A stretch of DNA of 63,401 nt, counting the filler, from Pseudobdellovibrionaceae bacterium (GTDB lineage Bacteria; Bdellovibrionota; Bdellovibrionia; Bdellovibrionales; UBA1609): assembly GCA_030591685.1 (NCBI GenBank). It is 11 parts of 11 records of this genome, joined end to end, with 100 filler letters (N's around TTAATTAATTAA, not from the genome) between each part and the next. Parts side by side here need not be neighbours in the genome. Positions count along the whole stretch, not along the records: positions 16,435 to 24,594 come from JAUVAX010000070.1; positions 24,695 to 29,276 come from JAUVAX010000082.1; positions 29,377 to 34,677 come from JAUVAX010000079.1; 8 more parts are not named here. One strand, given 5' to 3'. Below the pieces are notes generated by a model that saw only the letters and a list, made by a program, of their open reading frames with translations, was not told the DNA's origin and ran no database searches. Below, in pieces: positions 20,947 to 30,142 of this stretch (position 1 is the stretch's first letter; every line of letters starts with the position of its first letter). The position numbers and the translations under genes are program-made.

Positions 20947-21188
20947 CAGTAAAATCCTTAATACGAAAGGGTTTAAATGAGTGGTTTAACCTCAAGCGTT
21001 AAACGAGTCAATTTCTACCTTGTGTAATGAATAGTCTATATTAATAGCTAAATAAATAATGCAGGGCGCATATTTAAGCTCTAGTTTAAAAATGAAAATT
21101 AACGCCACAACCTCAATAGTACTTATAACTGACTGTTAACCCCTGCGGAGATCATCGGTCACACATACAAGGCCTACAGTCTTAAGTT

Positions 21189-21497
21189 CTAAAGCGTATT
21201 AACGTGCTCTACTCGAGTTATAATATCAATGGCTGCAAGCCCGTAAAGTAAAAGTAAAAAGAACACTGCAGAGCCCAGGCACATCCAGTGCAGCTTAGAG
21301 TCGTTTCTTAAGTTCATAAATACAGCAAAAACAAAGGCTGCTTTTATAGTTGCAATAAAAAGCGCAATAATTGTATTGGCGGCCCCAAAATCAAATTGAG
21401 CAGCGACCACCGTAAGAATGGTCAGTACTAAAAGTGTCAATAATACATTAAAGTATGTCTTTGCTGGGATAACTTGATGTTCATGTGACTCACTCAT
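21189..21497 (-). CDS. ctaF: cytochrome c oxidase subunit IV
   Basis: Three TM segments; IATIKA...FMNL; operon position. Confidence 0.85.
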   Translation of the reverse strand: MSESHEHQVIPAKTYFNVLLTLLVLTILTVVAAQFDFGAANTIIALFIATIKAAFVFAVFMNLRNDSKLHWMCLGSAVFFLLLLYGLAAIDIITRVEHVNTL

Positions 21498-21507
21498 TTA
21501 AAACTCC

Positions 21508-22158
21508 TTAAATTAAATATAACATTGGGAATAGATAGATCCAAATCACATCAACTAAATGCCAAAAAAGCCCAACACCCTCAACAGGCGTATAGTACTC
21601 AGAGTTAAACTCATTCTTTTTAGCCCTCAATAATACCCATATAATCAGTAGTATACCGATTATTACGTGCAAACCATGCATGCCCGTTAGGCAAAAATAA
21701 AACGAAAAGTACAAAGCTAGGTTTGAGGCTTCGCCGCCAGTAAAACTAAATAACTCTCCGGGGTACAAACCTAAATGAAATTTATGAGTGTACTCATAGT
21801 ACTTAATACCCATAAAAATGGCCCCAAAAACTATGGTGGCCAAAAGGTACTTTACACAAAGCTTATTGTTATTAGTTTGGGCACTTCGAACGCCCATCAC
21901 CATGGTCCACGAGCTTAAGAGTAAAACAATTGTGTTTGTAGCCCCTAAACGCCAATCTAAAAACTTAGCCCCTTCAGCAAACACCTCTGGGTACATACTA
22001 TTATAAATAATATAAGCGACAATTAAGCCCCCAAACATTAAAATCTCAGTGGCTAAAAAAAGCCAAACCCCTAGCATGCTAGACTGAAACTCATGTTGCC
22101 CATCTTTAAAATGGTGAGCGTGTTTATGTGTGTTTACTACTTTACTATCTGTACTCAT
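21508..22158 (-). CDS. ctaE: cytochrome c oxidase subunit III
   Basis: [24 protein letters not shown]. Confidence 0.95.
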   Translation of the reverse strand: MSTDSKVVNTHKHAHHFKDGQHEFQSSMLGVWLFLATEILMFGGLIVAYIIYNSMYPEVFAEGAKFLDWRLGATNTIVLLLSSWTMVMGVRSAQTNNNKLCVKYLLATIVFGAIFMGIKYYEYTHKFHLGLYPGELFSFTGGEASNLALYFSFYFCLTGMHGLHVIIGILLIIWVLLRAKKNEFNSEYYTPVEGVGLFWHLVDVIWIYLFPMLYLI

Positions 22159-23734
22159 AAGGACCTGCCGTTACTTCGGGTTCTGTTACAAAATTTTCGT
22201 GAATTGGAGGAGACGCTGTTTCCCACTCCAGTGTTTTACCACCCCATGGGTTCGCCGGAGCTTTTTCACCACTTCTAAGACCTTTAATTATAACTATTAA
22301 TGCTACAACAAACCCTGCTGCAATGATACCTGAGCCAATGGTTGAAACTCTATTTAAAGGCTCGTACACCTCAAGGTAGTCAAAGTATCGCCTTGGCATA
22401 CCCATGGCCCCTAAAATAAATTGAGGGAAAAACGTGACATTAAACCCACAAAAAATTAACACAAAACTAATTGCAGCGCCTGTTTCGTTGTACATCTTGC
22501 CAAACATTTTAGGGAACCAGTAAAAAATCCCTGCCATCAATGCCATTAACACACCCCCCACCATAACGTAGTGAAAGTGTGCGACAACAAAGTACGTATC
22601 ATGAAAATGAACATCTACAGCTATGGTGGCCAACATAATCCCCGTGACCCCACCAATAGTGAATAAAAATAAAAACCCTAAAGCAAACAGCATGGGTGAT
22701 TGAAACTGTATAGAGCCCTTATAAAGAGTCGCCACCCAGTTAAAGGTTTTTATGGCAGTGGGTACGCCCACTAACATTGTTAAAAATGAAAAGATAACAG
22801 CCGCCACCTCTGACTGACCACTGACAAACAAATGATGGCCCCAAACAAAAAAGCTCACCACAGCGATACCAATACTCGAAAAGGCAATAGCCTTATAACC
22901 AAAAATAGTCTTTCTTGAAAAAGTTGTAATCACCTCACTGATAATACCCATGGCTGGTAGAATCATAATATAAACAGCCGGGTGAGAGTAAAACCAAAAA
23001 AAATGTTGAAATAAAATTGGGTCCCCACCAAGCTTTGGATCAAAAATACCAACGCCCACAATACGCTCCATAATTAACAAGAGCAAAGTGATCGCTAGTA
23101 CAGGAGTCGCTAAAACTTGTAAAACAGCCGTCGAATACAAGCCCCAAACAAAAAGAGGCATTCTAAAAAAGCTCATCCCCTTACAACGAAGTTTATGTGT
23201 TGTTGCAATAAAGTTTACGCCCGTTAAAATAGATGAAAACCCCATTATAAAGGCCCCTAAAACAACCCACGTTGTGCCATTATCAGTATGAATACTGTAC
23301 GGGGTATAAAACGTCCAACCCGTATCAACACCATTATAAATTAATGACACTAGCGATACACAAGCGCCAACAACTAAGCAATACCAACTTAATAAATTTA
23401 GCCTCGGAAAGGCCACATCTTTAGCGCCTATATGTAGAGGTAAAATAAAGTTACCCATAAACGCCGGAATCCCTGGGATAACAACCATAAAGATCATTAA
23501 AGCCCCATGTAGAGTCATGGCCTGGTTAAAATTACTGGCTGTCCCTAAAATACCTGGGCCCACTGAAAAAAGCTCGGCTCTAACAAGGAGGGCAAAAATC
23601 CCACCCACAGCAAAAAAGGTCATCACAGTAATCATGTAAAGTATGCCTATACGCTTATGGTCCAAAGTTGTTAACCACGACCAGAGGCCTTTTTCATGAT
23701 TTATATAGTTGTGCTCAGTTGATGCGCTCGACAT
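22145..23734 (-). CDS. ctaD: cytochrome c oxidase subunit I, A2-type
   Basis: DHKRIG, YSHPAVY, WGHH, HFHY. Confidence 0.97.
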   Translation of the reverse strand: MSSASTEHNYINHEKGLWSWLTTLDHKRIGILYMITVMTFFAVGGIFALLVRAELFSVGPGILGTASNFNQAMTLHGALMIFMVVIPGIPAFMGNFILPLHIGAKDVAFPRLNLLSWYCLVVGACVSLVSLIYNGVDTGWTFYTPYSIHTDNGTTWVVLGAFIMGFSSILTGVNFIATTHKLRCKGMSFFRMPLFVWGLYSTAVLQVLATPVLAITLLLLIMERIVGVGIFDPKLGGDPILFQHFFWFYSHPAVYIMILPAMGIISEVITTFSRKTIFGYKAIAFSSIGIAVVSFFVWGHHLFVSGQSEVAAVIFSFLTMLVGVPTAIKTFNWVATLYKGSIQFQSPMLFALGFLFLFTIGGVTGIMLATIAVDVHFHDTYFVVAHFHYVMVGGVLMALMAGIFYWFPKMFGKMYNETGAAISFVLIFCGFNVTFFPQFILGAMGMPRRYFDYLEVYEPLNRVSTIGSGIIAAGFVVALIVIIKGLRSGEKAPANPWGGKTLEWETASPPIHENFVTEPEVTAGPYEYR

Positions 23735-23746
23735 TATAGTTTCTCC

Positions 23747-24594
23747 CTACTTCAACGACTTTAAGTATTCAATAAGTGATGATAGCTCTTCTTCGCTCAA
23801 TTGACCCTGAAACGGGGTCATTGCCGGAGGATAGCCTTTTACAATTTTAACAGCTGGGTTCAAAATAGACTCACGAAGGTAGTTTTCATCCGCCACCTGA
23901 GCTGGCCCAACTTCAAAATTTCTTTGAGATCCAAAAATACCTTTTAACCCCGGGCCAATTTTTCGTGAAGAATCTGTGTTGTGACAAACAGTACACTTAC
24001 CTTCAAAAATCTTTTGGCCCATTTTAATAGGCGTTATATCTTCAGGAGCGGCCGAGATCCACTCTTCGTACTCTTTTTTAGGGACTACTTTAAGCTTTGC
24101 TAACATACTTGAGTGAAGCTCACCGCAAAACTCTGTACAAAAAACTTGAAAGGTCCCCAGTTTATTAGCTTTAAAACCAAGGGCAGTATAACGACCGGGG
24201 ACAACATCTTGTTTAATTCGCATAGCTGGTACGAAAAAACTATGAATGACATCCCTTGAGGTCATAATAAGTTTAATGGGGGTGTCTATCGGGACAACAA
24301 AAATATTATTCTCTTTGCGTCCACTTTTATATTGAAACTCCCAGGACCACTTTTGACCAAACACATGAACTTCAAGTGAATCTTCAGGGAAGGTCTTCAT
24401 GTCATGGTAAACATCCCATCCCCAGGCGAAAACAACTATAAATATAACAAAGGGTATAAAGCTCCACAAAAATTCTAAAAAATTATTATGCGAGATATAC
24501 GCTGTTTTATCGTTATCACTTTTTCTCTTATACTTAAGGGCAAAGTAAACAAGCCCTCCAATAACAAGTACAAATGAGATCCCACTGACGATAA
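23747..24594 (-). CDS. ctaC: cytochrome c oxidase subunit II with fused cytochrome c (3' part; 5' part at 37064-37305)
   Basis: DVIHSF, CTEFCGELHSSM CuA motif, CTVCH; frame open to the contig edge. Confidence 0.95.
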
Positions 24595-24694
24595 NNNNNN
24601 NNNNNNNNNNNNNNNNNNNNNNNNNNNNNNNNNNNNNNTTAATTAATTAANNNNNNNNNNNNNNNNNNNNNNNNNNNNNNNNNNNNNNNNNNNN

Positions 24695-25498
24695 AAGGTC
24701 TCTGAAGTCGTGATCGCCGTGAACCCTAAAATGGTAGATTTTTATCGCTCAATACTTTTATTTAAACCAACAAAAGCTTTGTCTATAAAAAACTACGGGT
24801 TTGCAAACGGGGCTCCGGCAGCAATATTAACTTTAAACTTTGAACAGGCCTATCATGATAACTATACTTATTATCATCGCCAGGAAGCAAAAAAAAATCT
24901 ATTTGCATATATGTACTCAAAAGAGGCCAAAGAGCAATTTTATAACTTAAAAAACTATAGAGCTCCTGTTCGTCGTTATAACACCACTTCTTATTTACCA
25001 ATGAGCCCTGAGTTTATAAAATATTTTTTTATTGAAAAAACAAATATTTTTAACTCTTTAAAGCCAGAGGCTCGCCGTGAATTGCAACTTTTACTAAATG
25101 ATGATGCCCTAAAAGGGCAAACAGTCGTCCCCCTTGGAGTCAAACAAAGAGCGTCGCTAAAGCGTCGCGAAAGACGGCATGGGGTTAATTGCAGGGTCAG
25201 GGTTCACCTGCCTAATGAAGAATTTATGGAAGGGTACATGCTCAATTTATCAAGCCAGGGGGCCTGCATGTACCTTAACTCACACAAAACCCTGTCTGTA
25301 GAAATAGGTGAGAAGTACACTGTGGACGTCCAAGTTTCGGACTTTGAAGTGGCTCAAATAATTTTTCATCCCCGTAGAGGGTTAAAAAATTATTTATCAG
25401 GTCAAGCCCTAGAAACTGACAAAACTTGGCAAAAGCTCATCAAATACCTAGATTCAATTTACTTCAGCATCGATGGTGAGCGCAAGAAGGCCAGTTAG
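24695..25498 (+). CDS. FeeM-like N-acyl amino acid synthase C-terminal part fused to PilZ (5' truncated)
   Basis: IAVNPKMVDFYRSILLF and NGAPA motifs; PilZ RRERR and NLSSQG. Confidence 0.7.
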   Translation, partial: KVSEVVIAVNPKMVDFYRSILLFKPTKALSIKNYGFANGAPAAILTLNFEQAYHDNYTYYHRQEAKKNLFAYMYSKEAKEQFYNLKNYRAPVRRYNTTSYLPMSPEFIKYFFIEKTNIFNSLKPEARRELQLLLNDDALKGQTVVPLGVKQRASLKRRERRHGVNCRVRVHLPNEEFMEGYMLNLSSQGACMYLNSHKTLSVEIGEKYTVDVQVSDFEVAQIIFHPRRGLKNYLSGQALETDKTWQKLIKYLDSIYFSIDGERKKAS

Positions 25499-25759
25499 CC
25501 CTTTAAAGCCATAATTTATAGTATTTCACTACATTATATATAAATTTTAGGCGCTATTTTTTAAAAGGCTAAGTATGCGTTTCTCCCCCCCCCTGAGGGT
25601 CTGTGAAAAGGTGGCTCATAAAAAATAGAAAGCAAAATAGGGCACTTAGAGGCTGATGCGCAGCGATATTTTGACTCGAAAGCTTGATTTTTTAGCCTTA
25701 AAGGTAGAGAAATACCCACTAAGAGTTTAACCGTGATTTCATAAAGGATTGCTAACCAT

Positions 25760-26065
25760 ATGGCAAAAAAGAGTTCAGTTGTAAAAAACGATAAAAGAAA
25801 GGCCCTCGCAGACCGTTACTATAAATACAGATGTGAGCTTAGAGCCAAAGTTTCAAATTTAGAGATCGATGAAGAAGAGCGCTATGAGGCTCACTTAAAG
25901 TTGCAAAAATTAAAGCGAAACACATCTCCCCATAGAGTGGTTCGTCGTTGCCATATAACTGGTCGCCCAAGGGGGCATGTTAGAAAGTTTGGTCTCTCAC
26001 GTATAGCCGTGCGTGAAATGGCAAATCTAGGGCTTTTGCCAGGGGTTACTAAATCAAGCTGGTAA
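25760..26065 (+). CDS. rpsN: 30S ribosomal protein S14, long Zn-independent form
   Basis: MAKKS...[11 protein letters not shown]...LPGVTKSSW; 101 aa; no CxxC pairs. Confidence 0.97.
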   Translation: MAKKSSVVKNDKRKALADRYYKYRCELRAKVSNLEIDEEERYEAHLKLQKLKRNTSPHRVVRRCHITGRPRGHVRKFGLSRIAVREMANLGLLPGVTKSSW

Positions 26066-26109
26066 ATATTTTAAACTCTACTTTTAATGAAAAGATAGAG
26101 TTTTCAATA

Positions 26110-26140
26110 AAAAAAAGCCCTCTATGAAAGGGCTTTTTTT
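26110..26140 (+). terminator. intrinsic (bidirectional) terminator after rpsN
   Basis: A-tract, AGCCCT-ctatgaa-AGGGCT, T-tract. Confidence 0.85.
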
Positions 26141-26230
26141 ATACTGGACAGCGGATTTATCTTAATTTGCTAAGGGGCATAAGTAACTATATTTACGGGG
26201 CGTCTCAGTTATCAGAAAAAATAGACTCTT

Positions 26231-26246
26231 TGGCTTAGAATTTGCT
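26231..26246 (+). promoter_or_regulatory. sigma-54 promoter
   Basis: TGGCTT-AGAAT-TTGCT with correct GG-N10-GC spacing. Confidence 0.6.
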
Positions 26247-26301
26247 GAATATATGTTTAAAGTCGCTACTTTAAACCCTTTAAACCAAGGTATTGCATAC
26301 T

Positions 26302-27081
26302 ATGAGCAAAAATTGTCATTATGACTTAAATATTTCCAATCTTAGCCTCTCAGTTCTGTTGATTTGTTTTACAGTTGTGCCACTTAAGGGTCATTCTGCT
26401 CCTTTAGAGAGTACCCCCAAGGCTTCATCTAAGACTCCGGTGCACTGGAATAGCCTTTCTACTGAAGAGTTTATCATCGAGACTAAATACCATAAGTTAC
26501 GAGTTGAATTAATCAGCAGCCTTATAGCTCGACGACTGGGGTTTGACACAACGATTACTATTGCCCTTTCAAAAGTTCATGATGATTCTAAATTTGATTC
26601 AGACCTTATAAAAGAACTTAGTAAAAACTATGGGAGATCTTTAAGCGATAAAGATGAGGGCGCATTTAAAATTATTAAAACACACAACCAAAGGGATCAT
26701 GAGCTGACTTTTAATAAACTTAAAGAGTTAGATCTCTTTGATGGTCAGGCTATAAACCCACGTGCTTTAGAGGCACTTTTTGCTATTGATATGGCCGATA
26801 AGTTTGACAGATATTTATTCCCTAAAGTCCTAGCTGAACAATTATATAAAATCCGAGGAGAGCCTGTTAATTCGCCTGAGTTTGGAAAGATAATGACGTC
26901 CATAGATGATTACTATGACTTAAAGTCCTACGCAGCCTCATTTTTGTATGAAGATGTCGAAAAAATTGAGGAATTAATGAGTTCAGTTGAAAAGAATTAC
27001 AAAAAATGGATAGTGAATCGTAGACTCATCCCTTACAGCCTTTACAAAAACTATTCGTGTAATCAGTTATTTGCGAACTGA
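26302..27081 (+). CDS. exported HD-domain-like protein
   Basis: Signal-like N-terminus; HKLRV...VHDDSK...ADKFD pattern; C-terminus SCNQLFAN. Confidence 0.6.
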   Translation: MSKNCHYDLNISNLSLSVLLICFTVVPLKGHSAPLESTPKASSKTPVHWNSLSTEEFIIETKYHKLRVELISSLIARRLGFDTTITIALSKVHDDSKFDSDLIKELSKNYGRSLSDKDEGAFKIIKTHNQRDHELTFNKLKELDLFDGQAINPRALEALFAIDMADKFDRYLFPKVLAEQLYKIRGEPVNSPEFGKIMTSIDDYYDLKSYAASFLYEDVEKIEELMSSVEKNYKKWIVNRRLIPYSLYKNYSCNQLFAN

Positions 27082-27225
27082 GTCGAGTAACCAGTTACGA
27101 GTATGTGTTTAAGCCTTTTATAAGTGAGCTTAGGTTCATGGTCTCAAAGTAAAATACCGGGCAGGGGCTATAGCCTTTGTCCTTCAATATTTCCGGCAGA
27201 ACAACCCTTTTGAAGGCATCCGCAT

Positions 27226-27241
27226 AGGCACATTTTTTGCA
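27226..27241 (+). promoter_or_regulatory. sigma-54 promoter
   Basis: AGGCAC-ATTTT-TTGCA, 12 bp before the ATG at 27254. Confidence 0.65.
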
Positions 27242-27253
27242 AATTAATTATCT

Positions 27254-27955
27254 ATGAGAACTTTGATATTCCTATTACTTACCACTTGCATTTCAGCCCA
27301 ATATACATATGCCTCGCTGTTTAGGACTAACAGGTGTACTACAATTTTTGCGCCTAAATCAAAGGGGTGGCTAAAAGCTCATCCTATTTTTGATAATTTA
27401 GATTTTACCAGTAAAAAACCACGCTCTTATGGCATCTCAAAGATGAGCAATGTTTTCACCGATCAGGAGGTTTCTAAAATCATAAAATTGCTACCGAAAC
27501 ACAATCGGCTAGGACAATTTGGCACTATTGATTTTTCACACTTTAACACCTTATATTACATAAAAGTAAGAAGATTATTAGGTAAATCTATTGCCAATAA
27601 GCTCTTTCAATTTGTAAAAGAATTTGATTCTGAAATTAAAAAAAGATCTGATGATTCTTATTTTATTCGTGTTTACTTAAGGGCCGGAAAAAACATGGTT
27701 AACATTACTGGCAACGGGCACGTACACTTTGCTAATTCAATTACATTAACAAAATCAGAAAGTGGCGAGGGTAGCTGGATAAAACCCGAGGGTCCTTATG
27801 GTGAAGCTTATCAAGCTACCAGCAATGAGGTCGTTCTGTTTACTCGTCAATTGCACGGCTCTGGAGAAGTGAATAATGAAAGAGTTTTAATCATTGTAGA
27901 GGCCATTTATAAAAATCCAATTATTCACTATCTTGGTGATAAACTCTATAACTAA
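27254..27955 (+). CDS. exported hypothetical protein, possibly cupin/2OG-Fe(II) oxygenase-like
   Basis: Signal peptide TYA; RCTTIF; HVH...LHGS...ERV pattern. Confidence 0.55.
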   Translation: MRTLIFLLLTTCISAQYTYASLFRTNRCTTIFAPKSKGWLKAHPIFDNLDFTSKKPRSYGISKMSNVFTDQEVSKIIKLLPKHNRLGQFGTIDFSHFNTLYYIKVRRLLGKSIANKLFQFVKEFDSEIKKRSDDSYFIRVYLRAGKNMVNITGNGHVHFANSITLTKSESGEGSWIKPEGPYGEAYQATSNEVVLFTRQLHGSGEVNNERVLIIVEAIYKNPIIHYLGDKLYN

Positions 27956-28145
27956 GAAAGAACTTCGGTAACAAGCTGAATTAAAATTTATTTAGCCCTG
28001 CTAATAATTCACATTACATTTATGGCGAAGAAAATGAATTGCGATAAACACAAACTGTAGTAATTGTAATCGTTTGTGTTGTTTTTCACGAAGCCTGTCA
28101 CCTTTAATTTTTATTTAAACTGTCCTGAGCGATAAAAATAGACTA

Positions 28146-28174
28146 TTGACAAGTACCCACATATGGGGTACTAT
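28146..28174 (+). promoter_or_regulatory. sigma-70 promoter with overlapping palindromic TA operator
   Basis: TTGACA-N17-TACTAT; inverted repeat AGTACCC-acatatg-GGGTACT. Confidence 0.8.
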
Positions 28175-28181
28175 GGATTTC

Positions 28182-28457
28182 ATGGACGTCGTTGATTTAA
28201 CACCTGTGAAGAAACAACTTAAGAAGCTCCCAATTGAGGCCATTAGGCGCCTTCAGCGGTGGGCTAAGTACGTAGAATTAAATGGACTCATGGAGACCAG
28301 GAAAACACCTGGATTTCACGATGAGCCACTAAAGGGCAAATGGAAAGGGTTTCGGTCTGTTCGTTTAGGTCTAAAATGGAGAGCTATCTATAAGCACAAA
28401 AAAGATGGCACTGTTAACATAGCAACTGTGGAGGAGGTAACACCTCATGAGTACTAA
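28182..28457 (+). CDS. RelE/HigB-superfamily mRNA interferase toxin
   Basis: HDEPLKGKWKGFRSVRL...WRAIY...EEVTPHEY; ATG about 7 nt after the -10 box. Confidence 0.85.
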   Translation: MDVVDLTPVKKQLKKLPIEAIRRLQRWAKYVELNGLMETRKTPGFHDEPLKGKWKGFRSVRLGLKWRAIYKHKKDGTVNIATVEEVTPHEY

Positions 28458-28755
28458 AAATAAAAAATATACGACTAAAAATTTAGAAAATGACTTTGGG
28501 CAACTCTCTTTTGCTGATCTAATCTTAATGCAAAGAGAAGATCTCGAACTCACTCAGGTTGAGATGGCCAAGAAACTAAAAATATCAAAGCAAAAGCTAT
28601 GCGATTTTGAAAAAGGAAGAAGAATACCTTCCGCAAAGCTTGCTGCTGGTTGGTCAAAAAAACTAAGACTTCCCCCTGAGGTTTGGATCCAGGCGGTTTT
28701 ACAAGATCAGCTCAAAAGAGACAATATTCACCTTAAAGTACACATAGCTTCTTAA
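28447..28755 (+). CDS. XRE-HTH antitoxin (HigA-like)
   Basis: LTQVEMAKKLKISKQKLCDFEKGRRIPS; overlaps the toxin gene. Confidence 0.85.
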   Translation: MSTKNKKYTTKNLENDFGQLSFADLILMQREDLELTQVEMAKKLKISKQKLCDFEKGRRIPSAKLAAGWSKKLRLPPEVWIQAVLQDQLKRDNIHLKVHIAS

Positions 28756-29276
28756 GCTACTTTTTTTCTCTTACAAGTTTTCGGTAACTGTATTGGCTTA
28801 CCTGTAACTTTATGTTTCCATACTGCCCCCGATAAATTAGAAGCAATTTTATGCATGTTTGTATAAAGCTGTCGTTCGGATATTTTAAAGTTGACCACTT
28901 CATTTCTCTTCAGCTGGCGGGTAGTGATCAGTTCAATACTTACTTCCTGCTCCATTACAAAGACCTTTAACTCGCCTTCAAGAGTGGTTCTAAATACCGC
29001 CATATAACCTGCCACAGAGCCTACTTGTGGGTTTACGATATACTTTTGACCTTGGTAACTAACGGTATGATCAGACCCAATAACTCGATCCTCTTCAATG
29101 CAAAGAATTTCATCAAGCTTTAACCATGGATCAAGGGGCTCATATGCTGAGATAGGGTCTAATGGAGCTACAATTTTTTCTTGATTCCAGTACTTAGTTA
29201 AGAATACCTCATTTAGGTATTTATTCGCATTTTCCATAGTATTGATTTTGTGATGCCTAAGTTCCGGAATTAATCG
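28752..29276 (-). mobile_element. ISNCY-like transposase C-terminal part (5' truncated by contig edge)
   Basis: Frame reads RLIPELRHHKINTMENANKYLNEVFL...EEDRVIGSDHTVSYQG. Confidence 0.7.
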
Positions 29277-29470
29277 NNNNNNNNNNNNNNNNNNNNNNNN
29301 NNNNNNNNNNNNNNNNNNNNTTAATTAATTAANNNNNNNNNNNNNNNNNNNNNNNNNNNNNNNNNNNNNNNNNNNNAAAATCATGCTCCTCATGTTTGAC
29401 TCCTGTTGTAATTTTAGTCTAACCTTATATTAAAGTAAAAGGTAAGATTAACAATTTTAAAAATAATATT

Positions 29471-30142
29471 ATGAATCTAGTCAAATTAGAATCAATAAAA
29501 AAAGCCTATAAAATGGGCGCGGGCAGTTTTCAGTGCCTTAATGGAGTGTCTTTGTCTTTTGAAAGGGGCGAATTCACAGCTATTGTTGGCCCTTCAGGTA
29601 GCGGAAAAACAACACTTTTAAACATTATTGGCTGCATTGATACTCCGACGACAGGGCAGGTTTATATTGAGGGCAGTAATGTTGCCAATTATAAATCTAA
29701 CCAACTTGCTGACCTAAGAGCTCAAACTCTTGGGTTTATTTTTCAAAGTTTCAATCTGCTACCCGCACTTACGTCTAAAGAAAATACAGAATACCCTCTG
29801 TCAAATATACCGAACATAAGTCGTGAGGAGCGCCAAAAACGCGTGGCACACTACATAGACCGTGTTGGGCTCAGCGCGCACGCCAATCATCGACCCTCTC
29901 AGCTGAGTGGTGGTCAAAAGCAAAGAGTGGCTATTGCAAGAGCATTGGTTTGTAAGCCAAAAATCATACTGGCCGATGAACCCACAGCTAACTTAGATCA
30001 CAAAACGGGCAGCGAGATATTAGAGCTTATGTCTGAAATAAATAAAGAAGAAGGTGTGACCTTTATTTTTTCAACACATGACCCAAAGGTTATGAAACTA
30101 GCCCGTCGTGAAATCCACATTGAAGATGGTCGAATTTTATAA
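29471..30142 (+). CDS. ABC transporter ATP-binding protein, LolD/MacB-like
   Basis: GPSGSGKT, LSGGQKQRVAIARAL, ADEPTANLD. Confidence 0.93.
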   Translation: MNLVKLESIKKAYKMGAGSFQCLNGVSLSFERGEFTAIVGPSGSGKTTLLNIIGCIDTPTTGQVYIEGSNVANYKSNQLADLRAQTLGFIFQSFNLLPALTSKENTEYPLSNIPNISREERQKRVAHYIDRVGLSAHANHRPSQLSGGQKQRVAIARALVCKPKIILADEPTANLDHKTGSEILELMSEINKEEGVTFIFSTHDPKVMKLARREIHIEDGRIL

